From NCBI GenBank assembly GCA_019056785.1, contig DXJV01000087.1:34707-98706 (forward strand): 64,000 nucleotides of DNA, in the 5' to 3' direction. Each line of letters opens with the position of its first letter. The stretch's first letter is position 1. The notes beneath the pieces were generated by a model. That model had not been told where the DNA came from, did not search any database, and saw only the letters and a program-made list of their open reading frames with translations. Both the position numbers and the translations under genes were made by a program. This document shows positions 10,059-19,920 of this stretch, in pieces. Source of the stretch: Candidatus Heimdallarchaeota archaeon. Lineage in GTDB: Archaea > Asgardarchaeota > Heimdallarchaeia > JABLTI01.

Positions 10059-10138
10059 GTTAGTTACCTCCTTAGGGGGGAATTTACTATATAGCGAATA
10101 GACTTTTCATAAAGGGTTTTTAATCTTTACGAAAATTC

Positions 10139-11221
10139 TCACAGTAAGATGATTTTATCAAGAATTTCCTCAGATGCTTTATCATGTATTTTACCCAAGA
10201 TTATCGTACGAAGATTTCGAATTTCTATTTCCTTCAAAAAGAAGAAAGCGGGATAGATGGTTATATTAAAACTTGCACCTCTGAAAATCGAATTAGCAAT
10301 ATGAACGATATGTTGATCAGCATATAAGTCGAAATTAGCGAGAGGAGTTAAACCAGTTTCAAGATTTGTGATGAGACGATTAGCGAGGTCCTTGAAAGCA
10401 GTTTCCTCTTTTATGAGTTTGAATGTCTCTTCAAAATCTTGTGCAGCGAGGAAACGCTCAAGCAATTGTTGTGAGAGAGGACAAAATTGAGTATAGATAA
10501 GCCATTTTTTGACCATAGCCGGTTGGATTCCAAAGGCTTTTGATCGCAGAATAATCTCCAAATTTTGAATGCCGATTTGTGCCTCAAAGAATCTTTTAGC
10601 TGATCGGTAATCTGCTCCCTTTAGGGATTGCAGTGTGTTACAAAGGGAATCATAATAAAATTGGTCGATAGCAATGATAAGTGGATAAACAATATCCAGA
10701 TAGCGATATTCTCCAATGACTTTTTCTAATGCAGAACGAAGAGCGGGATTTTCTAAACGGGAAATTAAATCTGGAATGTCTTTTGCTGCAAATAAGCTCT
10801 CTGTTTGGCGATTTTCTTCCTCCGATAGGCTGATAAGCATTCCTCTGGCATCTTCAAACCGATTTGCCCCGTAAAGACCCGAAAGTATGACTTTTATGTT
10901 GTTTAAAAAGAAACGAGAACCAAAAGCGGTAATAAATTGTTGGGAGCGAGGGGGAACGAATTTCCGAAAACTGTTAAATTGATCAACAAAGTTTTGAGTT
11001 AGACGCCGGTCAATTTCAATTAGATTCGGGTAATCTTTAACCATTTCCGAGCCAATTATCTCATGATAGTTTGTTTGCGCAAGCATCTGGCGAAGATTGT
11101 TAAGATCAGTAGCGCTTGCCAAAAGGTTGTATGTACCTGCAGAAAAGAGCATAGTACGTTGTGAGCGCATATAAACATTTAGAGGACCATAATCTCGAGC
11201 ATTTTTAAACATCGTCTTCAT
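10139..11221 (-). CDS. atpC: A/V-type ATP synthase subunit C (d)
   Basis: YxxLNxxMR start, NIKVIL, NLEIILR, EIEIRNLRTII repeats; adjacent to atpK. Confidence 0.88.
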   Translation of the reverse strand: MKTMFKNARDYGPLNVYMRSQRTMLFSAGTYNLLASATDLNNLRQMLAQTNYHEIIGSEMVKDYPNLIEIDRRLTQNFVDQFNSFRKFVPPRSQQFITAFGSRFFLNNIKVILSGLYGANRFEDARGMLISLSEEENRQTESLFAAKDIPDLISRLENPALRSALEKVIGEYRYLDIVYPLIIAIDQFYYDSLCNTLQSLKGADYRSAKRFFEAQIGIQNLEIILRSKAFGIQPAMVKKWLIYTQFCPLSQQLLERFLAAQDFEETFKLIKEETAFKDLANRLITNLETGLTPLANFDLYADQHIVHIANSIFRGASFNITIYPAFFFLKEIEIRNLRTIILGKIHDKASEEILDKIILL

Positions 11222-11402
11222 CTCTCGAATAATTTGAAGAGTTATCCAGATAAAACATTTTTTAAAGCTTCATCTGAAAATGACTCAACAGTTTAAAAAA
11301 AGAGCTGATTTATAATTCTTTTTGCTCATATCAGTAAAAAGCATTAATTGAAAAAAAGAGGGGAAAAGAATTCAACACTTGAATTCTTATTGATGACATT
11401 CA

Positions 11403-12287
11403 CTACTTCTCAACAATTTCGACGACTTCTTTCTTTTTCTTGGAAAAAGAAGAGGCGATGGATTCCATTGTTGCAGTTATTTCCTTGCTCATCTGCTTGA
11501 CAATTCACGCTTTGCCATGGATACGTCGTTTCAACCGATCTGGTAGTATCCATCCAAAGTAATCAATAATAATACTAATACTCGCTGTGATTCCCCGTAA
11601 GGTATGAACTAAACCGACCACAACGGGGATTTGGTGCATATTAGGCATTATATAAAAACTCGAAATCAACGATAATGTCATAATGAGTACAACCGGTGCC
11701 AAGATATAGGTGAATCCTTTTCTTGCCACAGGGTTTTCAACATCACGTTGAATGCAGATGAGTCTGAAAACGATTTGTACATGGATTAATGAAAAGACAG
11801 GCAAATAAATGGCTAAGCCATAAATTATTTGAGGTAAATAGAGGACAATTTCCACGCCCGCTAGAATGAATTTTTGATAAAACCGAGGATTCGGAACATC
11901 AAACATTATTTCTGCGGCCATTAAGGTAATGAAAATCGAGATAACAGCTGTTAAAAATACAGTTGTCATAGCACGAGCGAAATCCTTGTCCTGTAAAATG
12001 TGGCGATTAGAAAAGTAGTAGAAGATGTAAGCAAGAGAATAAAAGAAGGTATACGAAAGAATGAGATACCCCACCCAATGGCTGTCGCCCTGGTAGAAAT
12101 AAAGTGTTTCACTTAAAGCCGTGGCAATTTCACCAAAAGCAACAAATAGAAAGCTAATGGTCAACAATAAAGTACCAAGAGTTTTTTTCTTTAAAAATTG
12201 TCGGAACAACAAAAACACGAAAGCAAGTGCAAGAAGCGAAGCAAGATAGGAAATAATCAAAAAATACCATGTGAAAGCTAATCCCAT
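11403..12287 (-). CDS. 7-TM membrane protein (260 aa to TGA at 11505-11507; frame continues 33 codons to 11403)
   Basis: Seven hydrophobic segments followed by a basic amphipathic helix; starts 3 nt after the GTPase stop. Confidence 0.75.
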
Positions 12288-12290
12288 AGC

Positions 12291-12827
12291 TTAGACCTCC
12301 TTTAGCATTTTAATGAACCATGAAAATGAATCATATACACCTTCGCCGGTTCTTGCAGAAGTGGGGAAGCAAGCCCAGGTAATCGGTAAATCGATATCCA
12401 TGAGACCGAATTCTTCGATGAATTCTTTTCGAGAAAGACTATTAGGTAAGTCAACTTTATTTAGCAAGATTAACACAGGTGTTTCTTCGTTGATTTGTGT
12501 GTTAAGAATGTTGTAGAAAATTTCTTTCGCTTCTGCCAAGCGAACAACATCTGTACTATCAACCACAAACACAAGAGCATCTGACTTTTCATTAATTTGA
12601 TTCCAAAGTCCTCGAAAGTCTTCCTGACCACCAAGATCAAAAACATTTAAACGCAATTTTGGAAAATTAATTGTTTCACGATTTACCCCCATTGTTGGGA
12701 TAGTTTCGATAAATTCACCTTTTACCAAATAATTTAGTAGAGTGGTTTTTCCGGCTTTGTCTAAGCCACAAATAGTCATATTTACTTGTTTTGTCTACTT
12801 TTAAAGAGTTTTTATAAAAAAAGACAT
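12291..12827 (-). CDS. Arf-family small GTPase; N-terminal helix region disrupted (intact ORF from 12779)
   Basis: G1 GLDKAGKT, G2 TIPTMG, G3 DLGGQ, FRGLW, G4 NKVD, G5 TSA; upstream ATG 12827 with GGTGA is in frame but followed by TAA and TAG. Confidence 0.9.
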
Positions 12828-12872
12828 TTCTCAAATCACCTTGATTATTAAAAATATTAGGGGATACAATTT

Positions 12873-13386
12873 CTACCATAAGTCTTCTGCAAGTGATTTA
12901 GCTACTCGTTTGCCATTTGATTCCGCTTTATCCTTCTCTTCTTCAATTTTAACCTCAATGGTGGTCACAAAGCCAATTTTTATCTTGATGGTCTTTGACC
13001 CAAAGGCATTATAGATTGACGGCAAGATTTGTTGAAGAAGCTCAAGAAAGATTGCATCATTATTTTGCAACTCGGAAATAATAATGGAAAACAATTTTCG
13101 TACACTTTGGATATTATAATCGCTATTATCAAATACCACCACTAAAGAAGCGATATTATTACACTCGGTTTGGGAAGGAATGATAAAAACATAGCCCGAG
13201 ATTGCGCTACCGTTATTCATTACATTAGAAGTAAAATCGCCTGCCTTTGCACCGAAAGGCATAACTCTTAATAGTATTCTCATTTTTTAATGGCTGAGGT
13301 AAAATATCAGGGTAAACCTTAATGAGCTCCAAGCCATTTTTTCACATTTGAACTAAACAGACACTCACAGGTTTAATTTTGCTCAC
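12873..13386 (-). pseudogene. uDENN/longin-like protein, interrupted by TGA (13342-13344) and a frameshift near 13280
   Basis: Reconstructed MSKIKPVSVCLVQM*KNGLELIKVYPDILPQPLKNE/ILLRVMPFGAKAGDF...; beta-hairpin, helix, three-strand pattern. Confidence 0.6.
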
Positions 13387-13647
13387 CTAGAAAGTAAATG
13401 TTAGAAACTTCTTGAAAAGTAATATAAGTCTTTCACTTTAGGAAAATTTGAAAAAAAAAGTTCGGCTAAATAGGATTTTTTTTCAAAAAACAAGAGCGGA
13501 ATATTTTCGCTTTACAGCAGGGAATTAATTGGAACAAAGGAGGAACTGAGCGAGAAAACAGTTCTACATTTGAACCAATAGACATTAAAAGAAAAAAGAC
13601 TATTATCAACTAAAATTGATTAAAAGTTAAAACTAAGGAAAACAAAA

Positions 13648-15096
13648 ATGACCGATGGACAAGAAATAGCCGATTTTGCTATTGACTTTGCAACAAAACA
13701 AGGAGCAAAGTATGCAGAAGCCCGCTTTGAAGAAACAATGGCTGAAGGATATACAACCAGAAACGGCGTAATGATTGGTGGAGGGAAAAAGAACTTTGCT
13801 GGCATTGGTATGCGAGTTCTCACAAAAGAAGGAATGGGTTTTTGTTCTACAGCAAAATTGGATAAGGATGAGATTAAAAAAGCAATTAAAATTGCTGTGA
13901 AAATGGCTCGAGCGAGCAGAAGGAAGGAACCTATAAAGTTCTCAGAGGAAAAAGCTGTTCAAGCTAAATGGCAAACGCCTGTAGAAGAAGCTTTTGAGGA
14001 TATAGCGGATGAGGACAAAATACAATTTGTCCAGCAAATTGATAAAACATTAATGGAGCAAGAGTTTGGTTCAGCTTTGGTGACAAGAACATTAATACTT
14101 GATTTAACTCGGAACAAGAAATATTTTACAACAAACGAGGGAACAAAAATTGAAAGTGAAAAAAGCCTTATCGCTTTCTACACGTTCAATACTGCAAAAG
14201 GAGTGTTTGGAACCGAGCAACGATTCTATGGTCAAGCAGGAGCTATGGGTTGGGAATGGTTCAAAAAGGAGAAGATCCTCGATAAGATTATCGAGGACAA
14301 TCGTGCTCTTGTAAAAACAGCGAATCTTGCCAAAGAAGCTTCTCTCGGAGTTACCGATGTAATCGTCAGTGGCGAAGTAGCTGGAATTATTGCTCATGAA
14401 AATTGTGGGCACCCCTCAGAAGCAGACCGCATTCTCGGGCGAGAAGGAGCTCAAGCAGGCGAGTCATTCTATATTGACCTGTTAGAGAAAGGCACTCTTG
14501 GTGAAATTCAACTTGGTTCGGAGGTGGTGACAATCATTGACGACCCCACGCTCCCAGGAGGAGCAGGTTTTTATGAATACGATGATGAAGGCGTTAAAGC
14601 TCGCCCCCGATTTCTTATTAAAAACGGTAGGCTGAATGAATTACTCTTCAATCGGGAATTTGCCGCAAAATTCAACACCCAATCAAATGCAGCTGCCCGA
14701 GCAATAGGATATAATCGAGAACCGATCATTCGGATGGCTAACACTTATTTTGCACCGGGCAAGTTCACCCTTGAGGAATTGTTTGAAGATGTAAAAAAGG
14801 GCTTGTATATGAAAAGCTTCACAGAATGGAATATTGATGACCGTCGCTATCAAAGTAAATACGTTGGCTTAGAAGCATATATCATTGAAAATGGTGAATT
14901 GACGGAACAAATGGTTCGACGACCAATCCTCGAGTTAACTACCAAAGGAATCTTCGGCAGTGTAGATGCAGTTTCAAAGGAAACTGAATTTCCTTATGGA
15001 ACATGCGGTAAGAGCGATCCTGCTCAGGGAGCACCATGCTGGATGGGAGGGGCCCAGCTTCGGTTACGGAACATTCGACTTGGAGGCGGAAAGTAA
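13648..15096 (+). CDS. tldD: TldD metalloprotease subunit
   Basis: HENCGHPSEAD (HExxxH), DDEG, RMANT, C-terminal CGK. Confidence 0.95.
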   Translation: MTDGQEIADFAIDFATKQGAKYAEARFEETMAEGYTTRNGVMIGGGKKNFAGIGMRVLTKEGMGFCSTAKLDKDEIKKAIKIAVKMARASRRKEPIKFSEEKAVQAKWQTPVEEAFEDIADEDKIQFVQQIDKTLMEQEFGSALVTRTLILDLTRNKKYFTTNEGTKIESEKSLIAFYTFNTAKGVFGTEQRFYGQAGAMGWEWFKKEKILDKIIEDNRALVKTANLAKEASLGVTDVIVSGEVAGIIAHENCGHPSEADRILGREGAQAGESFYIDLLEKGTLGEIQLGSEVVTIIDDPTLPGGAGFYEYDDEGVKARPRFLIKNGRLNELLFNREFAAKFNTQSNAAARAIGYNREPIIRMANTYFAPGKFTLEELFEDVKKGLYMKSFTEWNIDDRRYQSKYVGLEAYIIENGELTEQMVRRPILELTTKGIFGSVDAVSKETEFPYGTCGKSDPAQGAPCWMGGAQLRLRNIRLGGGK

Positions 15097-16464
15097 ATGA
15101 CAGAATCAATACTTAATTTGACCCTTTCTCTTGCGCAGAAAGAAGGAGCAAAAGAAGTCATTGTACAGCACTCTTTTGGTCCGGGGTATCAGATACGTTT
15201 TTCGAATGCTGCTATCGATATTGCTAAAAAATGGGATAACAACACCCTCGAGGTTTTCCTTGCAATTGGACAAAAAACTACTCAAATTGACATTCTTGAT
15301 CCATCACCAACAAAAATTAGAGAAGCTATTCCTCGTACAATGAGATTCTTAAGGAAAATGCCTGACAGCGAGTTATATGCTGGGATGGAGGACCGCGTCT
15401 TAGCTTATCAGCAACTCGATGGACTTTATGACAAGCGTGTGGAGGGGCTGTATGAACAAGCACCGGACTTGGTGAATGGAGCCATTAATGCTGCTCTTGC
15501 TGCAGGAGCAAAGCGTGTTGCAGGCGTCCTTTATTTCGGGAGCGAAACCGTGGAACTCCAGACAAGCTATGGGTTTACCGGAAGCTATAAACATTCCTAT
15601 TACAGATCAACCATTCGCTCTTTTGTTGATTTTGAAAGCAGCGGCCAGCAAGTGGTTGTGGGACGCGACTTAACCGATCTTGAAAAGAAGCTCACTAACG
15701 CCGGACAAAAAGCAGGCAAACTTGCAGCCATGGCGGTTGGTGGCAGACAAGGAAAGGCAGGGACTTATGATTTAATTATGAGCCCCACAGTCGGAGCAAA
15801 TGTGCTTGGTGAGATCACGAACAGCGCTAACCCCCTAATGATTCTTATGGAGATGAGCCCCTTAAAAGATCATTTTGGCGAACAGATTGCCCCTGAAAAC
15901 TTGCAAGTAATAGATGATCCGCACATAAGTGAAGGCCTGGAAAGCAAACCATTTGATGTAGAAGGCACGCCCACAGCGAAAACACCGATCATACAAAATG
16001 GTGTTTTAGTTGGAATGATCCACAATACCTCTTCCGCAAAAATAATGCAAACAGAATCAACCGGAAATTCAGCCCTTCTTGATATTGGCATGGGATCAAA
16101 AGTACTTGCGCCAGAAACAACGAATATGGTCTTCTCCAAAGGAGAGCAAACCTTTGAGGAAATAGTTGCTGACTCGCGAAAACCGACAATTTATGTCACA
16201 TCCAATTGGTACACACGATTTACCAATATGCTCGAAGGAGAATTTTCCACCATCCCCAGAGATGCTATGTTCCTTATAGAAAAAGGGGAAATCAAAAAAC
16301 CCGTACGAAAACTACGACTAACTGACAATCTCCTACGAATGAGCAAAAATATTATTGCTGTTGGAAAAGATCAGAAACAAATCTTCTGGTGGGAAGTTTA
16401 TACCCCAACATTCATTTCAACAATTAAAGTGGCAGATTGCAGATTAACAGCGGCCACGCAATAA
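15097..16464 (+). CDS. pmbA: PmbA/TldE subunit
   Basis: IRFSN, PFDVEG, WYTRF; no HExxxH; abuts tldD. Confidence 0.9.
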   Translation: MTESILNLTLSLAQKEGAKEVIVQHSFGPGYQIRFSNAAIDIAKKWDNNTLEVFLAIGQKTTQIDILDPSPTKIREAIPRTMRFLRKMPDSELYAGMEDRVLAYQQLDGLYDKRVEGLYEQAPDLVNGAINAALAAGAKRVAGVLYFGSETVELQTSYGFTGSYKHSYYRSTIRSFVDFESSGQQVVVGRDLTDLEKKLTNAGQKAGKLAAMAVGGRQGKAGTYDLIMSPTVGANVLGEITNSANPLMILMEMSPLKDHFGEQIAPENLQVIDDPHISEGLESKPFDVEGTPTAKTPIIQNGVLVGMIHNTSSAKIMQTESTGNSALLDIGMGSKVLAPETTNMVFSKGEQTFEEIVADSRKPTIYVTSNWYTRFTNMLEGEFSTIPRDAMFLIEKGEIKKPVRKLRLTDNLLRMSKNIIAVGKDQKQIFWWEVYTPTFISTIKVADCRLTAATQ

Positions 16465-16682
16465 AAAAGTAGCAAAGAGCCTATCTTTAAGACTCTTTAT
16501 ACTTCATTTTTTTTAATGACAGTGGTGATTCATACGCAAAAAAATATTACTTGAGAGTTTGGGAGCAGTTGAGTTTGCTGCGAAAAATTCAGAAAAAGAT
16601 TTTTACAGCTGACAACAAACTATTTATAGCAGCTTCGAGTTAGTGGAGCTTTTATTAGCAAATAACCAAAGGATTCAGAAAA

Positions 16683-18320
16683 ATGACTAAAAAAACAAAG
16701 TTCGTCTTCGTTGTAGGGGGTGTGATGTCGGGGATTGGTAAAGGAGTAGTAACCTCGTGCATCGGAAAAAATTTGCAGGTGCGAAAAGGAACAATTGATT
16801 TAATAAAAATTGACCCCTATCTTAACATAGATGCTGGAACGATGAATCCCATCCAGCATGGTGAAGTGTATGTCACTGATGATGGCGGAGAAATCGATGT
16901 TGATTTTGGTCATTATGCTCGGATACTTGGTCTTGATATGAAGAAAACACAAAATATTACCACAGGACAAGTTTATCGGGAAGTTATTCGAAAAGAACGT
17001 GCAGGAGACTACTTGGGGCACACAGTTCAAGTCATTCCGCATATTTCTAATGAAATAAAGCGGCGCATTCGCGAAGTCAGCACCTTTAAAAACCCTGACG
17101 TTTTACTTGTTGAGATAGGGGGAACTGTTGGCGACATTGAATCGCTCCCCTTTTTAGAAGCTATTCGACAAATGATTATGGAAGAGCCCGAAGAAGACAC
17201 TTTACTGGTGCATACAACCTATGTTCCCGTGCCGGATCACTTACATGAAGCGAAAACAAAGCCCACCCAACATTCTGTGAAAGAGCTGCGGGGTATTGGA
17301 TTGAACCCAAATATTATCGTCTGCCGTAGTCATAATATTCTTGATGAAAAAACTAGGAAAAAGGTGGCACTCTTTTGTAATGTTCCTGATGAAGCCGTTT
17401 TTACACTCCCGGACCTCGAGTCAGTTTACTCTGCCCCTTATCATTTGGATAAACAAGGATTAGGCGAGCTGCTAATAAAACGACTAAAACTCAAACTCTC
17501 TCCACCTGATTGGAAAGAATGGAATGAGTTGATTGATCGATATGAAAACCCAACGGCAAAAGTAAAAATTGCCATGGGAGGAAAATACACACAACTAGTT
17601 GATTCGTATATCTCTGTTAATGAGGCATTAAAACATGCTGCCGCCTTTTATCGTTATGGTGTTGAAATTGATTGGATAGAAACAGAGGAAATTGAAGAAG
17701 ACCCCCAAAAAGTGCGAATCCTCGAAGAATATGATGGGTTACTTGTTCCAGGAGGGTTTGGATATCGGGGCACAGAAGGAAAAATCAAGCTAATAGAATA
17801 TGCCCGTGAGAAGGACATTCCTTTCCTTGGCTTGTGTTTCGGCTTTCAACTGGCAACTATAGAATTTTGTCGACATGTACTGAAAATCAAAAACGCAACA
17901 AGTTTTGAGTTTACAAGTAGTGGGGATATAAACTCGAGTAATTTAGTTATTGACCTTCTACCTGAACAAAAGGGGGTAAAAGAAATGGGTGGGACAATGC
18001 GCTTAGGAGGTCTCCCTGTTAAGATTAAAGAAAACACAAAGGCCTTTGAACTTTATAAAAAGACCTTGATCCGAGAACGCCACCGCCACCGCTATGAAGT
18101 AAACCCCCAATTTATCCAACGTATTGAAGAAAAGGGGCTGATCTTCTCCGGTACATCTGAAGATGGGAGACGAATGGAAATTCTCGAGCTACCTGACCAC
18201 AAATTCTTTATGGCATCACAATTTCATCCGGAATTTACTTCATTACCTTGGAAACCAAACCCTCTATTTCGAGGGTTCATTGGTGCGGCAATTGAACGGA
18301 AAAAGAAACGAGAAAGCTAG
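16683..18320 (+). CDS. pyrG: CTP synthase
   Basis: GGVMSGIGKG, DPYLN, GGTVGDIE, GLCFG, ERHRHRYE, QFHPE. Confidence 0.99.
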   Translation: MTKKTKFVFVVGGVMSGIGKGVVTSCIGKNLQVRKGTIDLIKIDPYLNIDAGTMNPIQHGEVYVTDDGGEIDVDFGHYARILGLDMKKTQNITTGQVYREVIRKERAGDYLGHTVQVIPHISNEIKRRIREVSTFKNPDVLLVEIGGTVGDIESLPFLEAIRQMIMEEPEEDTLLVHTTYVPVPDHLHEAKTKPTQHSVKELRGIGLNPNIIVCRSHNILDEKTRKKVALFCNVPDEAVFTLPDLESVYSAPYHLDKQGLGELLIKRLKLKLSPPDWKEWNELIDRYENPTAKVKIAMGGKYTQLVDSYISVNEALKHAAAFYRYGVEIDWIETEEIEEDPQKVRILEEYDGLLVPGGFGYRGTEGKIKLIEYAREKDIPFLGLCFGFQLATIEFCRHVLKIKNATSFEFTSSGDINSSNLVIDLLPEQKGVKEMGGTMRLGGLPVKIKENTKAFELYKKTLIRERHRHRYEVNPQFIQRIEEKGLIFSGTSEDGRRMEILELPDHKFFMASQFHPEFTSLPWKPNPLFRGFIGAAIERKKKRES

Positions 18321-18368
18321 AAAACCCTTTTCCTTAGTATTATAAAAGTAAGAAAGAAAAGAAGGATG

Positions 18369-18647
18369 CTAAATAGAGAAGATCACACTTGAAACTTTTG
18401 TACTGCAGACTTTTCGAACACCATGGGAACCGGGCTCATACCGTGACACCAACAAACCTGCTTCTTCCAGAATTTTTATTTGGGCACTAATATTTGCTTC
18501 GGTTTGATTGAGCATTGCCGCGATTCGACTTACATCAATATCTTTTTCGGTTGTCATTTTCAATATTTGCAGCCTTGTTTTTGAAGACAGCGCTTTTGCA
18601 ACGATCGGGATTCTGTCTCCATCAACATGTAGTGTTTCTTCAGCCAT
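18369..18647 (-). CDS. ArsR-family winged-helix transcriptional regulator
   Basis: KALSSKTRLQIL...ANISAQIKILEEAGLL. Confidence 0.88.
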   Translation of the reverse strand: MAEETLHVDGDRIPIVAKALSSKTRLQILKMTTEKDIDVSRIAAMLNQTEANISAQIKILEEAGLLVSRYEPGSHGVRKVCSTKVSSVIFSI

Positions 18648-18978
18648 TGTTTATACCCCATTGTTTTGAGCAATTAATTACTTTCGAAGTACTATTCAAA
18701 CGGGATGTAATAAATAAACATTTCTGTTTCTTTTTTAATAACCATTTTAAAGATAAACTAGTTAATAATACAATTACTCTTTTCTTCTAATGTTATAGAC
18801 TACTATTGTGTAAGCTTTTTCCGGCACAGAATATACAAGTCTTAGAGGGGTTCATCTCTTGCTAAGGAATTTCATCGGGCAAATAACAAACGACACATCT
18901 TTCTTATGACCTATTTTAGATTTTTCGATAGGGTTTAAGAAGGCATACTTCGTTCTTTTTTTAGGAGCGTTTCTTAGC

Positions 18979-19899
18979 ATGGCAAAAGCAGCAGAATATT
19001 TACTCGAACTTGAAAAAAATGACTTTCGCATTTTACAAGCAATAGAAGTTGGCATGCGAACCTCCGAATATGTTTCACTCGAGACGATTGTTGAATTCAG
19101 TAAACTCAGGGTGGATCAGGTTATTCATCGTTTGGATAAGCTTCACTTCCTAGAGTTAATTTTTCGCTGGAAAGGGAATTATCTGGGTTATCAATTGACC
19201 CATCATGGCTACGATGTTCTTGCCTTTCGTGCATTGTCAGAACGAGATTCAATAGTTGCCATTGGCCTTCCAATCGGGCGAGGAAAAGAAAGTGATGTGT
19301 TTTTAGCGTATAATGCTACCCAAGAAGTTCTGGTAGCAAAAATTCATCGTGTCGGCCGGCCTAGCTTTCAACGAAGTAAAAAATTACGAAGCTATATCGG
19401 CAAACGCAGTCATTTGAATTGGTTATACAAATCCCGTCTTTCCGCAGAGCGAGAATTTCAAGGCTTGGAAATTGCTCATAAGATAAAGGCAAAAACACCA
19501 AGAGCAATCGATCATAATCGCCATATTATTATCATGGAATTTTTTGAAGGAAAAGAACTAGTTGAGTCTTCTGCAATAAAAAAACCTTTGGCATTATTTA
19601 ATGGCATCATTTCTGAAATTCGAAAACTAGTTGTTGAAGGGGGGATAGTTCATGGCGATCTCTCAGCTTACAATGTAATTATCACACCAGAAAATGACTT
19701 TTTACTTATCGATTTCCCACAATTTGAACCTATGGATCACCCCAATAGCCACGAGTTGCTGCTCCGAGATATCACAAACATTTGTAAATTCTTTAAACGC
19801 AAGTATAAATTGCAAGCAAACCCGCAGGAAATTTTCAAGCAGATAATAGCAGAATATGAAGAGAAATTACAGAAAAAAACAAAACGAAAGAAAGGATAG
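18979..19899 (+). CDS. rio2: RIO2 atypical protein kinase
   Basis: N-terminal wHTH (DFRILQAIE, GYDVLA), GRGKESDV, HGDLSAYN, IDFPQ. Confidence 0.96.
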   Translation: MAKAAEYLLELEKNDFRILQAIEVGMRTSEYVSLETIVEFSKLRVDQVIHRLDKLHFLELIFRWKGNYLGYQLTHHGYDVLAFRALSERDSIVAIGLPIGRGKESDVFLAYNATQEVLVAKIHRVGRPSFQRSKKLRSYIGKRSHLNWLYKSRLSAEREFQGLEIAHKIKAKTPRAIDHNRHIIIMEFFEGKELVESSAIKKPLALFNGIISEIRKLVVEGGIVHGDLSAYNVIITPENDFLLIDFPQFEPMDHPNSHELLLRDITNICKFFKRKYKLQANPQEIFKQIIAEYEEKLQKKTKRKKG

Positions 19900-19920
19900 C
19901 TATTAATTTTCTTGGTGGCG

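Noticed and set aside
11505-13344. TGA recoding (Trp or Sec) as the explanation for in-frame TGAs
   Set aside because: uL14, uL29, atpC, galU and iorA end at TGA at their expected C-termini. The cassette also has frameshifts and TAA/TAG stops, and no SECIS-like element was evident.
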